NCBI GenBank assembly: GCA_031360525.1
Contig: JANMBS010000313.1
Location: 1 to 24,895 of the forward strand
Direction of reading: 5' to 3'
Length of the DNA: 24,895 nucleotides
DNA from: Thermomicrobiales bacterium
GTDB taxonomy: Bacteria; Chloroflexota; Limnocylindria; Limnocylindrales; CSP1-4
The notes under the pieces were generated by a model. That model ran no database searches. It worked only from the letters and a program-made list of their open reading frames with translations, and was not told where the DNA came from. Of the stretch, positions 1 to 7,624 are shown piece after piece. The translations under genes were made by a program, and so were the position numbers. Position 1 is the first letter of the stretch. Each line of letters opens with the position of its first letter.

Positions 1-2
1 CC

Positions 3-230
3 GCGCGCGACCGGTTCGCCGCCCAGGACGACGTGGCGTCGGCGACGATCCTGTCCGACGGGACGATCGAGCTCGGCTTCCGGGGGGACGACGCGGCGTC
101 GGCGCGGCTCCTGGCCGATGCCGTGTCTGCGGGTCTGCCGATCGCCAGCTTCGCCCGCGCAGCGAGCGACCTGGAGGAACTCTTCCTCCAGGTCACGGCC
201 GGCGACCTCGAGCCGGTCGCGGCGGCCTGA
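3..230 (+). CDS. ABC transporter ATP-binding protein, C-terminal fragment (5'-truncated by window edge)
   Basis: Frame is open from position 3. It ends in ...ASDLEELFLQVT..., the typical 'LEE.FL..T' tail of ABC-2/DrrA-type ATPases. Stop at 228-230 lies 3 nt before an ABC-2 permease. Walker motifs are outside the window. Confidence 0.8.
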   Translation, partial: ARDRFAAQDDVASATILSDGTIELGFRGDDAASARLLADAVSAGLPIASFARAASDLEELFLQVTAGDLEPVAAA

Positions 231-233
231 GCG

Positions 234-1568
234 ATGCCGATGCGCGACTCCCCGACCAATGCGTTCGAGACGCCCGATGTGAGCGCCACTCTCGAAGACC
301 TCGGGGACGAGTCGGGGACGATCGAGGGGATCGCCGCCCGACCGTTGCCCGACGACGCTTCAACGGCCCCTGCCATGGCGACCCAGCGGCGACGCCGGTC
401 TCCATTGGGGATCTTCCGGCGCACTGCGGGCGGGGTCGGGGCGGTCGGGGTCAAGGAGCTCCGCGGCCGGATGCGCGGGCGGCGCGCGTTCGTGATCCTG
501 AGTCTCTATCTCGTGCTCCTGGCGGGCTTTGCATGGATGGTCGAGCTCATCATGGAGCGAACATATTCGACGGGCTTCGGCGGCAGCGCCACGTTCGCGA
601 CGGCCGCGATCGGACAGGGCATCTTCGTCTCGATCCTGATGCTCGAGACGCTGCTCGTCGCGTTCCTTGCCCCGATGGCGACCGCCGGCTCGATCAGTCT
701 GGAGCGGGAGAAGCAGACCCTCGAGATGCTGGCAGCCACGCCGATCACCTCAGCCGCCATCGTGATCGGCAAACTTCTGAGCGCGCTGATCTACGTGTGG
801 CTCCTGATCGCCGCCTCGATCCCGCTGACCGCGGTCGTCTTCGTCTTTGGTGGCGTCGCCCCCGAGGACCTCCTGCACGGCTACCTCGTCCTCATCGTCA
901 CCGCGCTCGGACTCGGGGCGTTCGGGTTGCTGTGCTCTAGCCTGGTCAAGCGGACCCAGGCAGCGTCGGCGATCACGATCTTCGGCGTGCTCGCCTTGAG
1001 CATCGGCTCGCTGTTCGTCATCGTGTTCTGGCAGGCCCTGGCAGGCGCTGACGAGGGCCGCGGGACAGGCCCGATCAAGGGCTCGCCGCCGGCGCCGCTC
1101 ATGTTCCTCAACCCGTTCCTGGCCCAGGCCGACGTGGCTCCGACCGACGCCCTGTGCGCCGCAAACACCTCCCTCCGGTATTACTGCCGGTTCAAGGAGA
1201 CGTTCCTGCTTGACCAGAACGGGATCATCTTCGTCAACGGCTCGGGCACGAATCCCCCGATCCAGATCGACAACGTCGGCGTCCCGGTCCCGGTCGGGAT
1301 CGATCAAGCGCCCGTCGCCCTCGACCCGGACCAGCTCAAGCAACTCCAGATCAACGCAGGAGGCGGCGGTGTGGCCGGCAGGGACTTTGCGATCGCGAAG
1401 GGCGCACCAGTCCCGTTCGAGGTCGCCGACGCCGGGATCTGGCAGAAGTCCGTCGGCGCGTGGCTGGTGTTGTCGATCGTGTTTCTCCTGCTCTCCGTCC
1501 AGTTCGTGTCACCGACCCGTCGCTGGCGGCTGCGCCGCGGTGCCCGGCGCGGCCAGGGTGTCGCCTGA
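234..1568 (+). CDS. ABC-2 type transporter permease
   Basis: Multiple hydrophobic helices. 'KELRGRMRGRRAF' N-terminal motif and 'GSISLEREKQTLEMLAATP...IVIGKL' ABC-2 permease signature. Large loop before the last TM. TGATG overlap with the next gene at 1566-1570. Confidence 0.9.
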   Translation: MPMRDSPTNAFETPDVSATLEDLGDESGTIEGIAARPLPDDASTAPAMATQRRRRSPLGIFRRTAGGVGAVGVKELRGRMRGRRAFVILSLYLVLLAGFAWMVELIMERTYSTGFGGSATFATAAIGQGIFVSILMLETLLVAFLAPMATAGSISLEREKQTLEMLAATPITSAAIVIGKLLSALIYVWLLIAASIPLTAVVFVFGGVAPEDLLHGYLVLIVTALGLGAFGLLCSSLVKRTQAASAITIFGVLALSIGSLFVIVFWQALAGADEGRGTGPIKGSPPAPLMFLNPFLAQADVAPTDALCAANTSLRYYCRFKETFLLDQNGIIFVNGSGTNPPIQIDNVGVPVPVGIDQAPVALDPDQLKQLQINAGGGGVAGRDFAIAKGAPVPFEVADAGIWQKSVGAWLVLSIVFLLLSVQFVSPTRRWRLRRGARRGQGVA

Positions 1569-3463
1569 TGCGCCTGCTGTCCTCGCTTCGTCGCCGGCCG
1601 GCAGGGTCGTCACCAGCGCCTATGTTCGTCCCGCCGGATCCGCTAATGATGCTCGCGGGGCCGTTCGATCCGGAACTGGTCCGGCTGCGCAGCACCCTGC
1701 TCCCTTACCGCCGCCGCCTGTGGGTCCGCCGGCTGGTCCGGCGAGGGTGGGTCGCGCTTGCCGCGATCGCTGTCGCGGAACTCGCTTTGTGGACCGTCGC
1801 CCGCGTCGTTCCGCTCGAGCGAGCAGCGATGATCGGCGCGGCCCTCCCGCTGGCCGGCGTGCTTGGCTGGCTGATCGCCGGGGTGCGGGCGCGGCCCCGG
1901 ATCGGCGAGACTGCGCTTGCCATCGACGCGGAGGGGGCGCTCGGTGACCGCGTCTCGAGTGCCCTCGAGCTGGCGGTCGCGTTCCCGGATTCGGCAGGCC
2001 CGATCGTCGAAGCCGGGGACGGCGGCCAGTCGGAGCCCCTCGGCGAGGCGGCCGAGACCGACCGCTTTGTCCGCCGCCAGCGCCACGATGCGGTCCGCTC
2101 GATCGGCACCGCACCTGCCGGACTGTTCAGACCCCGCCTCTCACGCCAGCCTGCGACGGTCGCGCTGCTGGCGGCACTGCTCCTCGTCCCTGTGACCCTG
2201 TTGCCGAACCCACAGGACGCGGTGATCGCGCAGCAACAGCAGGTCCGCGAGGCGGCCGACCGCCAGGCCGAACGGCTGGATCGTGTCGCCGACGACCTCG
2301 CTGACAAGGGCCAGGACGCCAACGATCCCAGGACCAGGCTCGCGCAGAAACTGCGGGACCTGGCGCGTCAGCTGCGCGAGCACCCCGATGACCTCGACGC
2401 CAACCTCGCCCGCCTCGGAGCGATCGAGACCGATGTCCGGGCCCAGGTCGATCCGGCCAACGAGCAGCGTGCCGCGTCGCTGACGTCGCTGAGTCGGGCG
2501 CTCTCGAGTGCAGCGACGGGCAAACCCGACGAGAATCGCAACGGCGATCCGAAGAAGACGCGCGACGACCTCAAGCAGCTCGGTGACGAGCTCGACGGGC
2601 TGACGCCTGAACAACAGCGCGAGCTCGCGCGACAGCTTGCCGCGCTCGAGTCGACCGCCTCGCAGGCCGACGGAGCGGCGGGGACCGCGTTGAGCGAAGC
2701 CGCCCAGAGCCTGGCTCAGGGTGACACGGCGGGGGCGCGCACCGCGCTCGATCGACTGGGGCAGGCGCTGACGGGTGCCGACCGGCGCGTCACCGCAACG
2801 CGTGACCTGTCGGGAGCGGCATCTCGTCTCCAGGATGCGCGCCGCGACCTCGCCGATGCGGGCCGCCGGACGGCGGGTCAGGGTCAGCCAGGTCAGGGTC
2901 AGCTGGGTCAGGGTCAGGCCCAGCGCAGCCCCGGGACCGGTCAGGGACAGGGTCAGGGCCAAGGCAGCCCGAACCCGAGCGGAGCCGGCCAGGGTCAAGG
3001 TCAGGGTCAAGGCCAAGGCCAAGGTCAAGGCCAAGGCCAAGGCCAAGGTCAAGGCCAAGGCCAGGGTCAAGGTCAGGGTCAAGGTCAGGGCGCCATCGGT
3101 GGCGGCGGCTCGAACGCCCGCACGCTCGGCAATGGGATGGGCGGCAACGGCCGGCCGGCCGGACCGACGAACCCGAACCGACCTGCGGAGCTCGGCGCGG
3201 ACCTGTCGTCGGTCTTCGCGCCCTTCGATCGCCTGGGCAAGCCCGGAGACCCTTCGTACGTTGCCGGAACGGGCGGCGATGGTCAGACCCAGCAGGGCAG
3301 CCAGAACGGGCAGGGCTCCAACAACGGAACGCTGACCCCATACCAGCAGGTCTTCACCGATTTCGAGAAGTACGCGCAGACCTCGCTCGATCGCGGCTAC
3401 ATCCCGCTCTCGGTCAAGGACTACGTCAGGGACTACTTCAGCTCACTCGATCCATCCAACTGA
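1568..3463 (+). CDS. Membrane-anchored coiled-coil protein with Gly/Gln low-complexity region (DUF4175-like architecture)
   Basis: ATG at 1568 overlaps the permease stop; the ORF-track start at 1460 lies inside the permease. Three hydrophobic segments, 'IDAEGALGDRVSSALE' motif, long Ala/Leu/Gln/Glu helical region, GQ tract and C-terminal 'IPLSVKDYVRDYFSSL'. The family name is by resemblance only. Confidence 0.8.
   Translation: MRLLSSLRRRPAGSSPAPMFVPPDPLMMLAGPFDPELVRLRSTLLPYRRRLWVRRLVRRGWVALAAIAVAELALWTVARVVPLERAAMIGAALPLAGVLGWLIAGVRARPRIGETALAIDAEGALGDRVSSALELAVAFPDSAGPIVEAGDGGQSEPLGEAAETDRFVRRQRHDAVRSIGTAPAGLFRPRLSRQPATVALLAALLLVPVTLLPNPQDAVIAQQQQVREAADRQAERLDRVADDLADKGQDANDPRTRLAQKLRDLARQLREHPDDLDANLARLGAIETDVRAQVDPANEQRAASLTSLSRALSSAATGKPDENRNGDPKKTRDDLKQLGDELDGLTPEQQRELARQLAALESTASQADGAAGTALSEAAQSLAQGDTAGARTALDRLGQALTGADRRVTATRDLSGAASRLQDARRDLADAGRRTAGQGQPGQGQLGQGQAQRSPGTGQGQGQGQGSPNPSGAGQGQGQGQGQGQGQGQGQGQGQGQGQGQGQGQGQGAIGGGGSNARTLGNGMGGNGRPAGPTNPNRPAELGADLSSVFAPFDRLGKPGDPSYVAGTGGDGQTQQGSQNGQGSNNGTLTPYQQVFTDFEKYAQTSLDRGYIPLSVKDYVRDYFSSLDPSN
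2987..3088 (+). repeat. Coding tandem repeat (GGYCAR)17 encoding (Gly-Gln)17
   Basis: 17 consecutive hexamers counted directly. The 24-bp block ggccagggtcaaggtcagggtcaa occurs at 2987-3010 and again at 3059-3082. Degenerate GQ/GQP units extend upstream to about 2880. Confidence 0.97.
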
Positions 3464-3468
3464 CCGCC

Positions 3469-3473
3469 GGAGG
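3469..3473 (+). promoter_or_regulatory. Shine-Dalgarno for moxR
   Basis: GGAGG followed by 4 nt and then ATG at 3478. Confidence 0.75.
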
Positions 3474-3477
3474 CAAC

Positions 3478-4491
3478 ATGACCGCGTCCAGCGCGCCCGA
3501 AGGGGTTCCCCGCCTCGCCCCCGAGGCATTCGCCGAACGTGCCCAGGCGATCGAACGAGAGGTCGGCCGCGTCATCGTCGGCCAGGCGGCACTCGTTCGC
3601 CAGACGCTGACCGGACTGCTGGCGAACAGCCATGTCCTGCTCGAGGGAGTTCCCGGCCTCGGCAAGACGATGCTGGTCCGCACGATCGCGGACGTCATCG
3701 ATTGCAACTTCAATCGGATCCAGTTCACGCCGGACCTGATGCCTGCCGACATCACCGGCACGAACATCCTCATCGAGGAGGGCGGCCAGCGCGTCTTCCG
3801 CTTCCAGCCCGGACCGATCTTCGCCAACCTGGTGCTCGCCGACGAGATCAACCGGGCGACCCCCAAGACGCAGTCGTCGCTTCTGGAAGCGATGCAGGAA
3901 CACCAGGTGACCGTCGCCCGCCAGCGATACCCGCTCGATGCGCCGTTCTTCGTGCACGCGACCCAGAACCCGCTCGAGATGGAGGGGACCTATCCCCTCC
4001 CCGAGGCCCAACTCGACCGCTTCCTGTTCAAGGTCATGGTCCCGTTCCCTTCCGAGGCCGACCTCGTCTCGATCATGGAGCGGACGACGGGCACCGAGAC
4101 CGTGACCGCGGCGAAGGTCTGCACGGCGGCCGAGATCGTCGAGATGCAGCGCCTCGCCCGCGCCGTCCCGATCGCGCCGCACGTCACGGCCTATGCGGTC
4201 AGCGTCCTGGCCGCGACCCATCCCGACCAGCCGCGGGCCCCGGGGCTCGTCCAGGACTACGTGCGCTACGGCGGCTCGCCGCGTGGCGCCCAGGCACTCG
4301 TCACGGGCGGCAAGATCTACGCGTTGCTCGACGGCCGCTTCAACGTCTCGATCGACGACATCCGGGCGGTTGCCCTGCCGTCGCTCCGCCACCGGATCAT
4401 CCTCAACTTCGAGGGCGAGGCGGAGGGCATCACCACCGAGGCCGTCATCCGGGCCGTCCTCGACGCGGTCGTCGCCCCGGCCGTCGAGTAG
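3478..4491 (+). CDS. moxR: MoxR-family AAA+ ATPase (MoxR proper type)
   Basis: Walker A GVPGLGKT, RIQFTPDLMPADITG, Walker B region LADEINRATPKTQSSLLEAMQE, ATQNPLEMEGTYPLPEAQLDRF, and C-terminal lid SPRG...LRHRI. Confidence 0.97.
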   Translation: MTASSAPEGVPRLAPEAFAERAQAIEREVGRVIVGQAALVRQTLTGLLANSHVLLEGVPGLGKTMLVRTIADVIDCNFNRIQFTPDLMPADITGTNILIEEGGQRVFRFQPGPIFANLVLADEINRATPKTQSSLLEAMQEHQVTVARQRYPLDAPFFVHATQNPLEMEGTYPLPEAQLDRFLFKVMVPFPSEADLVSIMERTTGTETVTAAKVCTAAEIVEMQRLARAVPIAPHVTAYAVSVLAATHPDQPRAPGLVQDYVRYGGSPRGAQALVTGGKIYALLDGRFNVSIDDIRAVALPSLRHRIILNFEGEAEGITTEAVIRAVLDAVVAPAVE

Positions 4492-4519
4492 GGCCGCGGC
4501 GACCGCGGCGACCCGAGCG

Positions 4520-5497
4520 ATGGACGGCTCCCCCACGCGCCCCAGCGCCACGGCCGCGGACCGGCCGGTCGAACGGCCGGCCGTCGGCGCCCGCCAGGCG
4601 TTCCTGCCGAGCGAGGTCGACCCGACCGTCTTCGACGAGTCCTTCCTGCGCCAGCTCGAGCGTCTGCTTCTGTTGATGCGCTCGCCCGTGCGTGGCGGGC
4701 TCAAGGGCGGCCGCCGGAGCGTCAAGCGCGGCCAATCGGTCGAATTCGCCGATTATCGGGACTACTCCCTGGGCGACGACCTGCGCCAGCTCGACTGGAA
4801 CGTCTACGCCCGCCTCGAGCGGCTCTTCGTCAAGCTCTTCGTCGAGGAAGAGGACGTCACGATCACGCTACTCATCGATGCTTCGGCGTCGATGGCGACC
4901 GGCCACCCGGCCAAGCTGTTGTTCGCCAAGCGGGCGGCGGCGGCCCTCGGCTACATCGGGCTCGCCAGCGAGGACAGGGTCGCGGTCAGTGCGCTGACCG
5001 GCCGAGTCGCCCGGCGACGGGCGGCGATGCGCGGCTCAGGACGCATCTTCCGGCTGCTGGCCGATCTCTCGTCGATCGAGTCGGCCGACGGCCCGACCGA
5101 CATCGTGGCCGCTGCCCGGCACGCTGGCGCACAGCTCCACGGGCGTGGCGTGGTGGTGCTCATCTCCGACCTGCTCGACCCGGCCGCCGACAAGGTCATT
5201 CGCGAGCTCGCGGCGACCGGCTCCGAGCTGGTCATTCTCCACGTCCTGTCCCCGGAGGAGGTCGACCCCCAGCTCGAAGGCGACCTCCGGCTTGTCGATA
5301 TCGAGACCGGCGACGGCATGGACGTCACCGTCGACCTGGCCACGATCGACGCCTACAAGGCTCGACTGGCGGCCTGGAAGGCGGGCTTCGCCGACCTCGC
5401 GGCAAAGCGACGGGCTAGCTACGTGGACCTCTCGTCGGACGCGAACCTGGCCGACCTGATGTTCGCCGAGCTGCGTCGCCGGCGCGTGCTGGGGTAG
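4520..5497 (+). CDS. DUF58 domain protein (MoxR partner, VWA-like)
   Basis: 'GQSVEFADYRDYSLGDDLRQLDWNVYAR...VKLF.EE' DUF58 signature, followed by DASASM (MIDAS-like) and ISD. ATG at 4520 was chosen because the longer ORF-track start overlaps moxR. Confidence 0.93.
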   Translation: MDGSPTRPSATAADRPVERPAVGARQAFLPSEVDPTVFDESFLRQLERLLLLMRSPVRGGLKGGRRSVKRGQSVEFADYRDYSLGDDLRQLDWNVYARLERLFVKLFVEEEDVTITLLIDASASMATGHPAKLLFAKRAAAALGYIGLASEDRVAVSALTGRVARRRAAMRGSGRIFRLLADLSSIESADGPTDIVAAARHAGAQLHGRGVVVLISDLLDPAADKVIRELAATGSELVILHVLSPEEVDPQLEGDLRLVDIETGDGMDVTVDLATIDAYKARLAAWKAGFADLAAKRRASYVDLSSDANLADLMFAELRRRRVLG

Positions 5498-5500
5498 CCG

Positions 5501-7624
5501 GTGCCGTTCACGACCCCGCTCGCGTTGCTCGGGCTGCTGTTCATCCCGGCGGTCGTGGCGATGTACCTGCTCAAACTCCGACGCGACGAGACGATCGTGC
5601 CGTCCACGTTGCTGTGGACCCGCCTGGTCGCCGACGTGGAGGCCAACGCGCCGTGGCAGAGACTGCGCCGCAGCCTGCTTCTGCTCCTCCAGTTGCTTCT
5701 CGTCGTCATCCTCGCCCTGCTCGCGGCTCGGCCGTTCCTTGAGCGCCCGGCGGGTCTCGCCCGCGACGTCGTGCTGGTCATCGATACCTCGGCGAGCATG
5801 GCCGCGACGGACGTCGCACCCAACCGTCTCGAGGCGGCCAAGACGGCAGCGATCGCGGCCTTGCGCGACCTGCCGACGGGCGGGAAAGTCAGTGTCATCG
5901 CCGCCGACCGGAGCGCCCGGATCGTGGTCAACGAGACGACCGACCTGGGCCGGGTCCGCCAAGCGCTCGATGGCATCGAGACGACGAGCGCCCGTGGCGA
6001 CCTCGGCGACGCGCTCGAGCTCGCCGGGAAGCTGGCCGCCCGATCCGGTGATGCCCAGATCCTCGTCGCGACCGACGGCGCGCTCGCGACACCTGCCACG
6101 ACCACGGTCCCGGCCAGGATCACGGTGCTGTCGGTCGGCCGCGAACGCAAGAACCAGGCGATCGTCGCAATGGCGGTTCGGACGGCGCCGTCGGCGGTCA
6201 CGCGCTCCGTCTTCGTCAGCATCGCGAACCTCGACCTGGAACGGGCCGGGCGGCGGCTCGAGGTGTGGGGCGACGGGGCACTGATCGAGGTGCGCGACCT
6301 GCTGTTGGACCCACAGGCTCGCTCTGACGTCGTCATCGACGACGTGCCGCGTGACGTCGGGACGCTCGAGATCAGGCTCGTCGGCCCCGATCCCACCGTG
6401 ACGGCCGCGCCCGACCAGCTGGCCGTCGACGACCGGGCGTGGGCTGTCGTCCCGCGCGATCGCACGCGACTGATCCTCGTGGTGGGGCCCGGCGACCCAT
6501 ACCTCGAGACGGCCCTCAGCTACCTCCCGAATGTCGAGCTGTTCGGGGTCGCCGCCGCGGAGTACGGACCCGCCAGCGAGCGCACGGACGGCCGCCCGTG
6601 GGACCTGGTGATCTTCGAGGGCTCGCTCCCGACGACGCTCCCCCGGGCGCCGATCCTCGCCATCGCACCGAGCGCGACCAGTCCGCTCGGCGAGGTGACC
6701 GGCACGTTGACGAACCCGGGGATCGGGTCGCTGGACCCCGATGAACCGATCCTGCGCTATGTCGACCTGTCGACGACCCACATCGCGTCGGCCTCACGCT
6801 TCGTCCTCCCCGACTGGGCACGAATGGTGGTCCCCGGGCCTCAGGGTGCTCCCCTGCTCTACGCCGGGTCGCGAGCCGGCCTGCCGACCGCTGTCCTGGC
6901 CTTCGAGCCGCGGCGCTCCGACTTGCCGCTCCAGGTCGCCTTCCCGATCCTGCTCGCGAACCTGACTGGCGAACTACTGGGCGGATCCGCGGCCCCGACG
7001 GAGGCGGTCCAGCCGGGGACGCCGGTGAGCCTGTCGATCCCGTCCGGCGCGACCGGTCTGGCGGTGACCAAGCCCGATGGAACCGTCGTCGAGCTGGTGC
7101 CCGGGACTGCACTCGCCGCCGGCATGACGTTTTCGGGGACGGAGCTGCCGGGGATCTACGTCGTGACGCCGCACCTGGCGCCGGCGTCGTCGGCGGCACC
7201 GTCCGGTAGCGGGTCCGGGCCGACGGCACGCCCGACGCCGACCACCACGGCCAGTCCGCGCGCGTCCGCCGCGGGTGGCTCGGCCGCGCCATCTGCGGCC
7301 CCGGTCGACCCGAACGCCCCGGTGCGCTTCGCCGTCGACCTCTTCGACGTCAACGAATCGACGATCGCTCCCGGCTCAGCGGCCGCCATCGAGGCACTTG
7401 GCCTCGGTCCGGGCGAGTCCGCGTCCCCCGGACCCGGCACCGGCCCGGGTGCGCCGGCCATGACCCGGCCGACCGCCCGTGACGAACTGTGGGTACCGAT
7501 CGTGCTCCTTGTGCTCATCGCGCTGTGCGTCGAGTGGGCCGTGTACCACCGCGACACGCTGACCCGCCTGCGGCGTGGCCTCGGCGCCAGGTTCGAACGA
7601 GATGCCCCGGATGGGAGTGCCTGA
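5501..7624 (+). CDS. BatA N-terminal + VWA domain membrane protein
   Basis: N-terminus 'PLALLGLLFIPAVVAMYLLKLRR...VPSTLLW' is BatA-type. MIDAS DTSAS at 5783 with ATDG. Ig-like beta region, Pro/Ser/Ala linker and C-terminal TM 'ELWVPIVLLVLIALCVEW'. GTG start 3 nt after the DUF58 stop. Confidence 0.9.
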   Translation: MPFTTPLALLGLLFIPAVVAMYLLKLRRDETIVPSTLLWTRLVADVEANAPWQRLRRSLLLLLQLLLVVILALLAARPFLERPAGLARDVVLVIDTSASMAATDVAPNRLEAAKTAAIAALRDLPTGGKVSVIAADRSARIVVNETTDLGRVRQALDGIETTSARGDLGDALELAGKLAARSGDAQILVATDGALATPATTTVPARITVLSVGRERKNQAIVAMAVRTAPSAVTRSVFVSIANLDLERAGRRLEVWGDGALIEVRDLLLDPQARSDVVIDDVPRDVGTLEIRLVGPDPTVTAAPDQLAVDDRAWAVVPRDRTRLILVVGPGDPYLETALSYLPNVELFGVAAAEYGPASERTDGRPWDLVIFEGSLPTTLPRAPILAIAPSATSPLGEVTGTLTNPGIGSLDPDEPILRYVDLSTTHIASASRFVLPDWARMVVPGPQGAPLLYAGSRAGLPTAVLAFEPRRSDLPLQVAFPILLANLTGELLGGSAAPTEAVQPGTPVSLSIPSGATGLAVTKPDGTVVELVPGTALAAGMTFSGTELPGIYVVTPHLAPASSAAPSGSGSGPTARPTPTTTASPRASAAGGSAAPSAAPVDPNAPVRFAVDLFDVNESTIAPGSAAAIEALGLGPGESASPGPGTGPGAPAMTRPTARDELWVPIVLLVLIALCVEWAVYHRDTLTRLRRGLGARFERDAPDGSA

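Noticed and set aside
1460-1567. ORF-track upstream starts (1460, 4193, 7489, 12597, 20131)
   Set aside because: They overlap neighbouring genes or promoters. The downstream starts have TGATG coupling, an SD, or a -10 at leaderless spacing.
2987-3088. Regular repeat considered as a CRISPR array
   Set aside because: Hexamer period with no spacers, in frame within a CDS, and no cas genes.
4492-4512. 9-bp tandem GRCCGCGGC between moxR and the DUF58 gene
   Set aside because: Two imperfect GC-only copies; expected by chance at this base composition.
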